A stretch of DNA of 64,000 nt from a virus. The translations under genes were made by a program, and so were the position numbers. Of the stretch, positions 1-8,803 are shown in pieces. A model generated the notes under the pieces. That model was not told the DNA's origin. It did not search any database and saw only the letters and a program-made list of their open reading frames with translations. The DNA lies in IMG/VR virus record IMGVR_UViG_3300045988_047070; one strand, 5' to 3'. The stretch's first letter is position 1, and each line of letters starts with the position of its first letter.

Positions 1-840
1 ATCACCACCAGTACCAAACATGATCATAAGTCCAAATGCTACACCATCGTGTTCTACTGATGGTCTTGCAATCTGCCATGCAGCTTTTAGTTCAGCAAAC
101 GTACCTGCCTCTTCCCAAAGTATAAGTACACCTCTTTTACCACGTACTGCATCAGGATTATCTTTTAATGATACACCAATGATTTCAGATTTATAACCTG
201 CTTCAGTTTTATTACCATAATCATCAGTAACCCACATAGATGCTCTACGTCTCATAGATGTATTTACTGCTTGACGCTTTTTACCCCATGCAGTATATTC
301 ATCAATAAAATCCATATAATCCCAAGCCTTGGTAAGGATCCCATCGTCTGTAAGATATTGTTTATTTGATGCATATACATATGATTTTGATTCTGGTATA
401 AGGAAGAAATTACGACAAAGCATAGCACCACCTTTATATGAATAACCCTTACGTCTAGCTTTTGCTACACATAAGTGTTTACCTTGTTCTTGTGCTTCCT
501 CTATTGCTTGAAAGTAATAGTAATCATAATCATAGAAATCTGGGAATGTACGTTCACTAACAGATTTCCATTCTTTTAAACCAGTTTTCCTATTAGTTAC
601 CTCCCTATATACTTGTCTTACTATAGGACAATAATTTAAATAAAAATAATGGTAGCCTGTGATAAAGTCACCATCTTCTGCAGTATAACCATATATACAT
701 TTTTCTACTTCTTGATCCCAAAAGCTATAGTATTCAGTTGTGCCTTTAGGGTAAGCACAATAAGAGCCAGTACTGATAAAGTTTAATGCAGGCTGACGAA
801 ATTTATCAGAGTTTTTGATCTTCTTATTAAAATCTATCAT
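1..840 (-). CDS. terL: terminase large subunit, N-terminal 280 aa (3' end lies beyond the window start)
   Basis: Hand translation from ATG 840-838 stays open to position 1: MIDFNKKIKNSDKF...ITGYHYFYLNYCPIV...CVAKARRKGYSYKG (Walker A-like)...GVLILWEEAGTF (Walker B-like). Absent from the ORF track because no stop falls in the window. Confidence 0.7.
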   Translation of the reverse strand, partial: MIDFNKKIKNSDKFRQPALNFISTGSYCAYPKGTTEYYSFWDQEVEKCIYGYTAEDGDFITGYHYFYLNYCPIVRQVYREVTNRKTGLKEWKSVSERTFPDFYDYDYYYFQAIEEAQEQGKHLCVAKARRKGYSYKGGAMLCRNFFLIPESKSYVYASNKQYLTDDGILTKAWDYMDFIDEYTAWGKKRQAVNTSMRRRASMWVTDDYGNKTEAGYKSEIIGVSLKDNPDAVRGKRGVLILWEEAGTFAELKAAWQIARPSVEHDGVAFGLMIMFGTGGD

Positions 841-940
841 ACTTTAGGATTTTATATAATAATACCCCACACCTTTTGAGTATGGGGTAATTTTTAATTA
901 TTGCTATTTTTGATTCTCTTATTGAAATCAATCATAATTG

Positions 941-1201
941 TTATCGATTAAACCACTGTTTGATCTTTAAACCTAGTCTCTTATACCAAGGTGCTTTAGT
1001 TGGTTTAAGATCCATAGATTTTGAATAAGCTTCTTTCTTTTCTCTATATGCAATTTCTTCAGCCAATTCGATTTCTTTTCTATCCTCATTCTCATGAGCT
1101 GGGCCAAAATCAATAATCAAATCGAACGGTTTCTCTTCAACTTTAACTAGTTTAGCCTTACTTGTTTTCTTTGTGCTAGTAGTTTTCTTTTCCTTAGTCA
1201 T
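941..1201 (-). CDS. hypothetical protein, Lys-rich N-terminus
   Basis: 86-aa ORF in a tight co-directional gene array. Confidence 0.5.
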   Translation of the reverse strand: MTKEKKTTSTKKTSKAKLVKVEEKPFDLIIDFGPAHENEDRKEIELAEEIAYREKKEAYSKSMDLKPTKAPWYKRLGLKIKQWFNR

Positions 1202-1265
1202 AGTTCTTAATTTTTAACACTGCCTGTAACGGCAGCTAGTTTTATTTTGTTTCAAATTGTATTAC

Positions 1266-1811
1266 TTATCGTACAGCTTGTCTATTTGATAGCTCATATG
1301 GATTAACTTCTACTCCACCTCTAACTCTACTACTTGCCATCTCTTCAGATCTCACAGCAGTTTCTAATGCATCAAGAGATTTAATAGTGTTACCGAGTTT
1401 TTCCATACCTGCTAATATTAATTGGACTTTCTTATCATCTAATTCATCTTGTAAAGATTCTGCATAATATCTAGATACACTATCTAACTTAAGTCTTGCA
1501 TTCTTAAGTAGTCCTAATATTAGGGTTTCATTAAAGTTAATATATGCTTGTTCTGCTTCTAATACCTCTACTGGTAACTTATAATTAGCATCTCCAAATA
1601 GTTCTTTCCTGAGTCTAGGTCCTATCTCTTCAGGACTCATACTTTGGACATATGGACTATCGTATTTGTTCTTGAGTACGATATAACTTATTTGTTTAGT
1701 GGCTATTTCTTTATCTGCTTTATCAGCATCCCATAACTTTTTAAAGCATGGGATACCTAAAGCATCATTGTGAATAATTACTTTACCACCAAGTATGTCG
1801 AATAGTTTCAT
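1266..1811 (-). CDS. hypothetical protein
   Basis: 181-aa ORF with no recognisable motif. Confidence 0.6.
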   Translation of the reverse strand: MKLFDILGGKVIIHNDALGIPCFKKLWDADKADKEIATKQISYIVLKNKYDSPYVQSMSPEEIGPRLRKELFGDANYKLPVEVLEAEQAYINFNETLILGLLKNARLKLDSVSRYYAESLQDELDDKKVQLILAGMEKLGNTIKSLDALETAVRSEEMASSRVRGGVEVNPYELSNRQAVR

Positions 1812-1820
1812 CAGTATTAA

Positions 1821-2156
1821 TTAACAATCGCTAGGAGCACATGCTTCACAACATTCATTATGTCTATTTTTCTCGTATTCGAGATTTCGCTTAAAGTTGT
1901 TATATAATTCTTCACTCTTTATAATAGCAATATCTCTATCATCATCACTTCTATTATAAGAAGCATACAGAACAAGAACAACATCCCCAGTTTTTACCTC
2001 ATACTCCTTACCGTTAAATTTAAGGATACCGTCTTCTTCAATTACCCAAGCCCAGTCGATGTTCAAATAATGATTACGAATAGAACTAACACTATTAAGA
2101 TCATTGTCTTTTACTACTAAAAGAGAGCTGTTACCAGCATAAATATATGTATTCAT
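1821..2156 (-). CDS. hypothetical protein
   Basis: 111-aa ORF with a C-terminal Cys cluster (CCEACAPSDC). Confidence 0.55.
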   Translation of the reverse strand: MNTYIYAGNSSLLVVKDNDLNSVSSIRNHYLNIDWAWVIEEDGILKFNGKEYEVKTGDVVLVLYASYNRSDDDRDIAIIKSEELYNNFKRNLEYEKNRHNECCEACAPSDC

Positions 2157-2157
2157 A

Positions 2158-2370
2158 TTAATCTAAATTTATTTTAATGTATCTATTTTTGTAATGTCTA
2201 TTCAATGCATCTACTGCTTCTTGTTGAGTATAAAATGCATTAACATACTCTGGGTTTTTACTGTACTGATTGATTATCTCCTTCAGTTGTTCCGCTTTCT
2301 CGTCCCTGTTCTGCATTCTCATTTTCTTCTTTTTTATCAGTTGAACCAAATCCACCACCACGATCTTCAC
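2158..2370 (-). CDS. hypothetical protein (start uncertain; internal Met at 2322)
   Basis: 70-aa ORF. Its 5' part overlaps the dUTPase tail in another frame. Confidence 0.4.
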   Translation of the reverse strand: MKIVVVDLVQLIKKKKMRMQNRDEKAEQLKEIINQYSKNPEYVNAFYTQQEAVDALNRHYKNRYIKINLD

Positions 2371-2764
2371 CTGCTAATTCCTCTACAATTATCGGCTCCA
2401 TCTTCGGATAAGGCATTACTACTAACTGAGCAATCTTTTCACCAGGCTGATAAATTGTAGGAAGAGCATCTGTAGTAATCTTAAACTTGAGAAGAATCTC
2501 ACCTTTATAATCACAATCTATAACAGCTACAGCATTACACATTGACATAGACTTCTGAGAAACTGATGATCTCATAAAGATTAAACCAACATGACCTTCA
2601 GGAATCTCTACGGATAAACCTGTATGATATACTAATACTAACTTACCACTCTTATCAAATTCCTGAGTAAAGGAGATTGCTGTTAAGTCTAAACCAGCAT
2701 CGTTAGGGTTAGCATAACTAGGTAATACTGCGTCTTCTTGTAATTTCTTAAATTTTAATTCCAT
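2258..2764 (-). CDS. dut: dUTP diphosphatase (trimeric dUTPase) with a ~25-aa acidic C-terminal extension
   Basis: Motifs AGLDL, GLIFMRSS, IDCDYKGEI and RGGGFGSTD. Confidence 0.85.
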   Translation of the reverse strand: MELKFKKLQEDAVLPSYANPNDAGLDLTAISFTQEFDKSGKLVLVYHTGLSVEIPEGHVGLIFMRSSVSQKSMSMCNAVAVIDCDYKGEILLKFKITTDALPTIYQPGEKIAQLVVMPYPKMEPIIVEELAGEDRGGGFGSTDKKEENENAEQGRESGTTEGDNQSVQ

Positions 2765-2765
2765 A

Positions 2766-2957
2766 TTATTTTCTTACTATATTGTGTCCTAATATTATTT
2801 CTGTTGCTTGTGCTGCTAAATTTGCAGCGTAATCTTCAAGGAATTGACTACGATTCGTGTCCTGTAGTATCTGTCTCAGATACAGCAGTATCACTTGTTG
2901 ATTCAGTAGTATCTTGTCTAGTTTTTCTTCCATGCTTTGCATAGTATAATAATGCAA
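2766..2957 (-). CDS. hypothetical protein (start uncertain)
   Basis: 63-aa ORF. Its 5' part overlaps the tail of the upstream pyrophosphohydrolase gene. Confidence 0.4.
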   Translation of the reverse strand: MHYYTMQSMEEKLDKILLNQQVILLYLRQILQDTNRSQFLEDYAANLAAQATEIILGHNIVRK

Positions 2958-3201
2958 TACTATTCCATGCTACTGCTGCTTCATGCCTTACTTTAGTTTC
3001 TGGATCAAATTCTTCATAAGTAGAAGCGTATAAGTGTCTTAATAATGCACCTTTATATCTTTCATAACCATTCTCTAGATTCTGCCAATTATTGTCACCA
3101 TACTTCTTAGCACCTTCTGTATATACTCTTGCAATGTCCTCAAGACAATCTAACGGTATTAATTCCCATCTAGTCTTATCGTCTAGTTTATCATTCTTCA
3201 T
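2848..3201 (-). CDS. MazG-like dNTP pyrophosphohydrolase (dATP/dGTP diphosphohydrolase N-terminal-type domain)
   Basis: RWELIPLDCLEDIARVYTEGAKKYGDNNW...ALLRHL signature. Start placed at the internal Met just after the upstream stop. Confidence 0.6.
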   Translation of the reverse strand: MKNDKLDDKTRWELIPLDCLEDIARVYTEGAKKYGDNNWQNLENGYERYKGALLRHLYASTYEEFDPETKVRHEAAVAWNSIALLYYAKHGRKTRQDTTESTSDTAVSETDTTGHES

Positions 3202-3577
3202 ACCCGTCTGGTCTTGGCATTTCTTCGATTCGTATTGCATCTATTTCAGTTTTATTTTCAATTATTGCTTTAACAATTCTATGGTAACCATCACATATTC
3301 TACCTAAATGATCGATTAGTATCGGATGATTTAAATCTGTATCTTGAATCCTTTTACTATGCCAAATTATGTCATCTAAGGTATTTATTTCCCAAGGTAA
3401 ATGCTCTAGATTTACTCCTGCTAACGGTAATTTGAATACAGGATAGTTCTTCTCTTTTACCCAAGAGACTAGATTTGAAGCTGCCCATATCTTCCCATCT
3501 GCTGTGTATCTATTCTCTGCTAAACCTTGTTTAGGATATGTCACTATTGGATTTTTTGGTTCTTTCTTTGCAAACAT
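3191..3577 (-). CDS. ParB-like nuclease domain protein
   Basis: HPILIDHLGRICDGYHRIVKA (the DGxHR motif of the ParB N-terminal fold). Confidence 0.55.
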   Translation of the reverse strand: MFAKKEPKNPIVTYPKQGLAENRYTADGKIWAASNLVSWVKEKNYPVFKLPLAGVNLEHLPWEINTLDDIIWHSKRIQDTDLNHPILIDHLGRICDGYHRIVKAIIENKTEIDAIRIEEMPRPDGYEE

Positions 3578-3761
3578 ATTTCTTTTTTAATTTAATCTTA
3601 AACAAATAACTAAACATAATTGGCTTAATATCTTTCTCATCTGAAATTGTATTTTGAGCAAATTTGAAAGGATGATTACAAATCACTTCTACTACTTGAT
3701 ACGGTATATTATATTTATGTGATAACTCTGTATAGATACTTGTTTTATTTTGCTGGACCAT
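3531..3761 (-). CDS. hypothetical protein
   Basis: 76-aa ORF. Confidence 0.45.
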   Translation of the reverse strand: MVQQNKTSIYTELSHKYNIPYQVVEVICNHPFKFAQNTISDEKDIKPIMFSYLFKIKLKKKYVCKERTKKSNSDIS

Positions 3762-4152
3762 AAGTTACTTTATAGTACTTATTATTAATTATATTATCCA
3801 GAGTAATAGAAGACATATCGAATGTCTCGGGTCTAACGCTATTAACTATAATACATATCTTATCTAATTCTGATGTTACATTGTCAGATGAGGTATAAAA
3901 TATAGAATTTAAAAAAGCTGTTTCAACTTTAGAGTATTGTTTTCTAGGTTCTAATATTACTACTTCTTCTTCTGATTCCTTACTAAAAGGTTCTCCACTA
4001 ATACCATATAAAATAGTCTGTGTATCACGAATTAAGATTCCATTATTATATGGTAAATTCTTACCAATAAGTTTATACCACCATCTTTTTAATTTACCAT
4101 AACTCTTCCATAGCATTATGGAACCAGGTTTAATTACTAATTGTCTCATCAT
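3745..4152 (-). CDS. hypothetical protein
   Basis: 135-aa ORF. Confidence 0.55.
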   Translation of the reverse strand: MMRQLVIKPGSIMLWKSYGKLKRWWYKLIGKNLPYNNGILIRDTQTILYGISGEPFSKESEEEVVILEPRKQYSKVETAFLNSIFYTSSDNVTSELDKICIIVNSVRPETFDMSSITLDNIINNKYYKVTYGPAK

Positions 4153-4513
4153 TTATCCTAATTATAATTGTTACTTGAACTCTGTCTCCAATGATCTCTG
4201 GTATTAGAGCTTTATTGACACTTAATTCATCTTCGGCTGGACCTGCTACTAGAATACCTTTTTGTTTAAAGGACTTGATATATCTACTTAAATTATCCTT
4301 AGTAATACCTAAGGTATTTATGATATGTTTCCTATTAGCTCTATTGGCTATATTCTTATTCTCATTTGGTTGTTTATTATAGTTAAGATCAAGTCTAATG
4401 AACTCTGCCATTAGTTCTAGTTCTCTGTCCGTAAGCCGAAGAATGCCATTAAGTGAAATTAGAAACTCTGTAACAAGATCATTTTTGTTTACAGATTTTA
4501 CTAATTTATTCAT
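4130..4513 (-). CDS. putative helix-turn-helix DNA-binding protein
   Basis: TLGITKDNLSRYIKSFKQKGIL resembles a winged-HTH recognition segment. Confidence 0.4.
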   Translation of the reverse strand: MNKLVKSVNKNDLVTEFLISLNGILRLTDRELELMAEFIRLDLNYNKQPNENKNIANRANRKHIINTLGITKDNLSRYIKSFKQKGILVAGPAEDELSVNKALIPEIIGDRVQVTIIIRINDETISN

Positions 4514-4958
4514 TTGTCTTATCTACATCTAAGATTTGTTTAACCGCCTTAATGAACTTCAGTAAGTTATAGTTTACTGTTTCAGATTCAACTTTTACAC
4601 AAGGTTGAATTTTACCATTTTTATAATCTTCATTAACCTTCTGAATATTGTCTTGATACTTCTTAGTACAATCATCTAAGAAAGCTTCAAGTGCAATCAA
4701 TTTTAATTCTGCATTAGACGGGATATACTCTTCATCTGTATTAGTTTCATCTTCAATTTCTTCACCCCATTCTTTTAGGTTACCACCATTAAGAAGTTCT
4801 AATACATAATTTGCAGTAATCATCATGTAACGTGAGTTAGTGTACTTATCATTACTATTTGTACTCTCCATTACATACTCGATACCATCTTCTGTTTTAA
4901 AGATATCATCTCTCTTTGCACAACCAAAAGGCTTAACTACTTTATATTCTGTTCTCAT
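4506..4958 (-). CDS. hypothetical protein
   Basis: 150-aa ORF. Confidence 0.55.
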   Translation of the reverse strand: MRTEYKVVKPFGCAKRDDIFKTEDGIEYVMESTNSNDKYTNSRYMMITANYVLELLNGGNLKEWGEEIEDETNTDEEYIPSNAELKLIALEAFLDDCTKKYQDNIQKVNEDYKNGKIQPCVKVESETVNYNLLKFIKAVKQILDVDKTNE

Positions 4959-4966
4959 ATTCCTTA

Positions 4967-5248
4967 TTATTTTTTAATAATTACTAGTGCTAATTTAATC
5001 CATTTGTTTATGTCAAATTCTGGATCTGACTCTTGCACTACTCTGTCTCCAATTGCATATTGCTTAGGTTGGGTTACTAAACCCATAAAATTCATAGCTT
5101 CATTCTGTGTAAGAACTACCTCGGTAGCTCCTTCTTTTGAAGGACTGTTAAGATCCTCTGGAACGAATACTTTAACAGTACCATCTTGTTGAAATTGAAT
5201 AAACTCTGAATATTTACCTAAAAGATTATTTATCATTTGTTGAATCAT
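4967..5248 (-). CDS. hypothetical protein (start moved to Met24 of the tracked ORF)
   Basis: The tracked 5' extension runs through the terminator hairpin at 5301-5325. MIQQMINN... starts downstream of it. Confidence 0.5.
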   Translation of the reverse strand: MIQQMINNLLGKYSEFIQFQQDGTVKVFVPEDLNSPSKEGATEVVLTQNEAMNFMGLVTQPKQYAIGDRVVQESDPEFDINKWIKLALVIIKK

Positions 5249-5293
5249 GACTATATAACGAACCTTATTTAATTTTGTTGTATATTTTATGCA

Positions 5294-5325
5294 ATAAAAA
5301 AGCCTATAGTTAATCACTATAGGCT
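5294..5325 (-). terminator. intrinsic terminator
   Basis: 9-bp stem AGCCTATAG/CTATAGGCT (5301-5309/5317-5325), followed on the minus strand by a U-run (plus-strand AAAAA at 5296-5300). Confidence 0.65.
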
Positions 5326-5350
5326 TATATTAAAAATCCAACTAAATCTA

Positions 5351-5767
5351 CTAAGCATTGCTTTTCTTAATAAAAGCTACTACATTGTATGGATTCACTA
5401 ATTGGCTATCTTTAAACAAGTCAAAATAAGCAGCTGCTTTAGCAGGGAAAGCTATGGTATCACCTACTTCTGGATGATTATTTTTGTCTTGCCATTCATA
5501 ACCTGAAGGAATTGCTAGAACAATGCCTTTTCTAAATGTTGTTGGTACTTTCTTTACTTCAGTTTTAGTGTCATATTTATCAACACCATCTTTGTCTTTC
5601 TTACCTGTCGCAACAGGTTCAGTAATCTCTTTTTCTACGTATTCAACTGGTAACGGTTTGATCAGAATATCCCGAGTAAACTCGAACTTTAACGCTTTCT
5701 GAATATCATCGATGATCATCTTCTCATCTACTTGTACCGAACTATCATTATTTGTATTCTCTGCCAT
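5351..5767 (-). CDS. hypothetical protein, possibly a GroES-like co-chaperonin
   Basis: ILIKPL...KGIVLAIPSG...VGDTIAFP spacing resembles Cpn10. Weak call made by eye. Confidence 0.3.
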   Translation of the reverse strand: MAENTNNDSSVQVDEKMIIDDIQKALKFEFTRDILIKPLPVEYVEKEITEPVATGKKDKDGVDKYDTKTEVKKVPTTFRKGIVLAIPSGYEWQDKNNHPEVGDTIAFPAKAAAYFDLFKDSQLVNPYNVVAFIKKSNA

Positions 5768-5817
5768 AAACTTAAATTTTTCTACTATAACGTTTATTAG
5801 TATTAAATGTTCTATTT

Positions 5818-6051
5818 TTATTTCCTTTCATGAAAAATAACGCCGCCTGTGCAGCATACTTTCTTTGCTATGGATGGACAAATTTCCATGTTATAGAAAC
5901 AGCAGCCATCACACCATCCCTGAGGCTGCTTTTCCATGTTATAAACTTTGCCATCAACTCTAATATACCCTTCTTCTAGGGCTTTATAAGCTTCTGGTTC
6001 TCCCATATTATTTGTAATAATATTTGTTATGTTCTTCAGCCTTTTGTTCAA
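5818..6051 (-). CDS. Cys-rich small protein
   Basis: 77 aa containing CDGCCFYNMEICPSIAKKVCC. Confidence 0.5.
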   Translation of the reverse strand: MNKRLKNITNIITNNMGEPEAYKALEEGYIRVDGKVYNMEKQPQGWCDGCCFYNMEICPSIAKKVCCTGGVIFHERK

Positions 6052-6220
6052 CAGTACGCTCCATGATTATTTCTTTAATCCAAATTAAAGCAGCCTCAAA
6101 TCCTGCTTTAAATGCCGATTCTTTTAACCCTTCCATCTCTTCGCACCATTGTTCAAATGCTTCACAAGATTCTTTGTCTTGATACCTTTCAATCTCGTCA
6201 ATTAAATATTGTCTAAACAT
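6008..6220 (-). CDS. hypothetical protein
   Basis: 70-aa ORF. Confidence 0.45.
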   Translation of the reverse strand: MFRQYLIDEIERYQDKESCEAFEQWCEEMEGLKESAFKAGFEAALIWIKEIIMERTVEQKAEEHNKYYYK

Positions 6221-6454
6221 ATTTGATCCCTTTCTTTTGATTAATAATTATACTGATCGTCGTCATCAGTAGGATCTAATGCATCTTCGAATTCATTAAA
6301 AAAGTAAAAGTCATCATCCATAATACTATTATTATGTATTTATATTTTATATCCAGAGTAGGAGTATATATTTTTATTATACTACTATATACTAACCTAC
6401 AAGTATGTGTAGTAACGTTACAGTATTCATTTTTGTTCTATTGTTTACTCTAGA

Positions 6455-6628
6455 TTAATGATTTTTCTTAGGTCTTAATAGATGATTTTTATTAAAAACA
6501 CATGGTAAATAACAGTGTTTACAGCCATTATCTTCTACAGTTCTATCACATTCCCTAGCCTTCTGCTTAGAGAAAAACCACCTAACAACCCATACTGGTA
6601 GCTTATAAAGATCAAAATTTTTTAACAT
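6455..6628 (-). CDS. small Cys-containing protein (57 aa, below the track cutoff)
   Basis: Hand translation: MLKNFDLYKLPVWVVRWFFSKQKARECDRTVEDNGCKHCYLPCVFNKNHLLRPKKNH. Confidence 0.35.
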   Translation of the reverse strand: MLKNFDLYKLPVWVVRWFFSKQKARECDRTVEDNGCKHCYLPCVFNKNHLLRPKKNH

Positions 6629-6650
6629 TATTTATGATTATTTAACATAT

Positions 6651-6842
6651 CTACGAGAGTTTCGTAGACAATTCATTAACTTGTTGCCTTAATTCATTTA
6701 CAAATTTAGCAGCTCCTTTAGGTCCTGTATACCCTAAATCTGGTATTTTATACATATGATCTCCAATACTATGTATACCATACACATTATTATCTTTACT
6801 TAAGATAGTTTCTACCTCTTTAACTGTTAATTCTTTTAACAT
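6651..6842 (-). CDS. hypothetical protein
   Basis: 63-aa ORF. Confidence 0.5.
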   Translation of the reverse strand: MLKELTVKEVETILSKDNNVYGIHSIGDHMYKIPDLGYTGPKGAAKFVNELRQQVNELSTKLS

Positions 6843-6855
6843 AATTTAACTATTT

Positions 6856-7125
6856 TTAACTTATCTTATAACCCAAAAGTGTTAATAATTCATAAAATTT
6901 GTTAATATCCCTGAAGTAAAGTGAATATGAAATCATCATATGAGCCATACCTTCCTCCATAGGATTCATTAATCTCAGATCTGATACTTTCAAAGCTTTA
7001 GTACCATCAGCACAATCCCATTCACTTACTCTAGCTCTTAATAGCTCAAAATCACTAAACTCGTAGTAAAGCTGGTTGTCTCTGATTTCAAACCCTTTAT
7101 CTTTTAATTCTTGTTCAAATATCAT
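6856..7125 (-). CDS. hypothetical protein
   Basis: 89-aa ORF, the first gene of the minus-strand block. Confidence 0.55.
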   Translation of the reverse strand: MIFEQELKDKGFEIRDNQLYYEFSDFELLRARVSEWDCADGTKALKVSDLRLMNPMEEGMAHMMISYSLYFRDINKFYELLTLLGYKIS

Positions 7126-7426
7126 AATATTAAGTTTTTAATGATAACGTATATAAGGGGGTATTGTTATAAAAATTTTATAAAATAAAAAATTAGGGGA
7201 TATAATTGTGAATGTAGAGAGTAGTATATATATTGTATTATATAGATTTGAGTGTAGAAACTAGTATATACAAACACCCCTCCCCCATCATGCATCAAGG
7301 AAACACCCCCGGTACTTATGCATCAAATCAATTTATCTATCAGCTGATTGTGATTAATCAAGCAGTTACAACGGAAGGCGGTTGTAATGTAGAACTACTG
7401 CTGAGGGGCAGACAGCCGAGACGACT
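7126..7426. promoter_or_regulatory. divergent intergenic control region with direct repeats
   Basis: Lies between the divergent blocks. Repeats GTAGAGAGTAGTATATATA (7214-7232) and GTAGAAACTAGTATATACA (7254-7272). Tandem AAACACCCC...ATGCATCAA units at 7272-7298 and 7301-7326. Palindrome TGATTAATCA. Confidence 0.5.
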
Positions 7427-7834
7427 ATGAAGTGTGCAATCATGAGTCTAGAAGCTAAGCAAGCAGAGAACGGTAATTGGTACGTGAACATCCTAGCACA
7501 GCCGGAAGGTGATCCGTTTGCTGAGGAGTTGAAGTATCGTATGTGGTGTAGCGAAACACTAGCTAACAAGCTAGCTGCCAACGCACCTGAGACTATCGAA
7601 CTCCAGAAGGTACGTGTAGAGGTTACTCCGTACCAGAAGGTATCTGAGGACGGTTCAATCTCAGAGAACGTATTCACCAGTCTGTCTGTTGTATGCAGGC
7701 AGTTCAAGGGAGAGTACGTGGATGAGCCACAAGCGATGGCAGACAAGCTACGCAGGAATCTGCTGCGTGATGGGCTTATCGTAGAGGTAGACGTAGACCC
7801 GTACGAGGGAGCTACAGGTGATCTACCAAACTAA
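7427..7834 (+). CDS. hypothetical protein, GC-rich; paralogue of 9005-9622
   Basis: 135 aa. The N-terminus MKCAIMSLEAKQAENGNWY parallels MKCIIIGHEFAEANTGNLY. Composition is far more GC-rich than the flanks. Confidence 0.65.
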   Translation: MKCAIMSLEAKQAENGNWYVNILAQPEGDPFAEELKYRMWCSETLANKLAANAPETIELQKVRVEVTPYQKVSEDGSISENVFTSLSVVCRQFKGEYVDEPQAMADKLRRNLLRDGLIVEVDVDPYEGATGDLPN

Positions 7835-7835
7835 A

Positions 7836-7863
7836 GGGGAAGAGCTTCGGCTCTTTCCTTTTT
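7836..7863 (+). terminator. intrinsic terminator
   Basis: GGAAGAGC-TTCG-GCTCTTTCC followed by TTTTT. Confidence 0.75.
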
Positions 7864-7872
7864 AATCCAATC

Positions 7873-7915
7873 ATGCACCAAGTTTATTTCCCTCTTAGTC
7901 GATTGTGAAGGTATA
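7873..7915 (+). repeat. copy A of a conserved post-terminator element
   Basis: ATGCACCAAGTTTATTTCCCTCTTAGTCGATTGTGAAGGTATA, compared with copy B at 8759-8803. Confidence 0.6.
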
Positions 7916-8447
7916 TTGTATTTATATTTTCATACTTATGTTTAACCCAATAGTTGTAGGCGTATATACTTTAAACCTTCAACATTATGGTAACTAGAAC
8001 ATATTCCGTTGCCGGGGTAAGACTCCTCGTAAGCCAGCGGTTGTGGAGTGCTACGGCCACGTAATCAACAGGGCAAAACCAGGCTCATTTGAGCATTAAT
8101 CTAAAAAACTCAATAACTTTCCAAGACATTGAGGACACCAGTTTCTTACAAATAGGTTTAGGACTATCCTTGTAAATACTTAGCTACTACAACATTGATT
8201 TCTAGAATCATAACGCCAGAGTAGAGAACCCCTATTTGTAAGTTTTAGGTGTAAAATGCATATTATCTATTTTAACAAAAGAAGCCATAGCTTACTATAG
8301 ATAATGTTGTCAGTGCAACACTCTATAGCGGAAAAGTATATTAAACATATATGCTATGCCACGCTTCGGTACTTTGTTATGTTGGTTCAGCAATGTAACA
8401 TCACTGAAAGTTACTGTTGTGTGTAATATTAACGGGAGCCAACCCAA

Positions 8448-8506
8448 CCATGTAGTGATACTGTATCAAAGAACTGAAAAAATACAGGAAGGCTATCACT
8501 ACATGG
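8448..8506 (+). ncRNA. long interrupted hairpin (13 + 6 bp)
   Basis: CCATGTAGTGATA (8448-8460) pairs perfectly with TATCACTACATGG (8494-8506). The inner stem is CTGTAT/ATACAG. Confidence 0.5.
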
Positions 8507-8541
8507 TCTAATTTGATTATTAATCAATAAAATTATATATT

Positions 8542-8733
8542 ATGATAGCAGTAGTAAAGTGCTATAAGCACAACATAAAACCATTAGTAGTAGAGGTATT
8601 TGAAGGTCATGATGAACAAACACAGAAGGATGCTAAAGAGTTAGCAGCTATCCTAAGTAGGAAGAATAAATGTGAGTATAAAGTACTCATTGATCTTTCT
8701 TGTGTTGCTGTTATACACGATTCAAAGGAGTAG
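8542..8733 (+). CDS. hypothetical protein
   Basis: 63-aa ORF followed directly by a terminator. Confidence 0.5.
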   Translation: MIAVVKCYKHNIKPLVVEVFEGHDEQTQKDAKELAAILSRKNKCEYKVLIDLSCVAVIHDSKE

Positions 8734-8748
8734 GCTATAGCCTATTTT
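8731..8748 (+). terminator. intrinsic terminator
   Basis: Palindrome TAGGCTATAGCCTA followed by TTTT. Confidence 0.55.
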
Positions 8749-8758
8749 CCTTTCTTAC

Positions 8759-8803
8759 AATGCACCAAGTCAAATTTCCCTTCTAGCATATTGTGAGGAG
8801 TAT
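8759..8803 (+). repeat. copy B of the conserved post-terminator element
   Basis: ATGCACCAAGTCAAATTTCCCTTCTAGCATATTGTGAGGAGTATA. Confidence 0.6.

Noticed and set aside
7366-7746. 126-aa minus-strand ORF
   Set aside because: It lies antisense within the GC-rich gene 7427-7834. A long antisense ORF is expected from GC-rich composition. It has no gene context, and the plus-strand ORF has a paralogue and a terminator.
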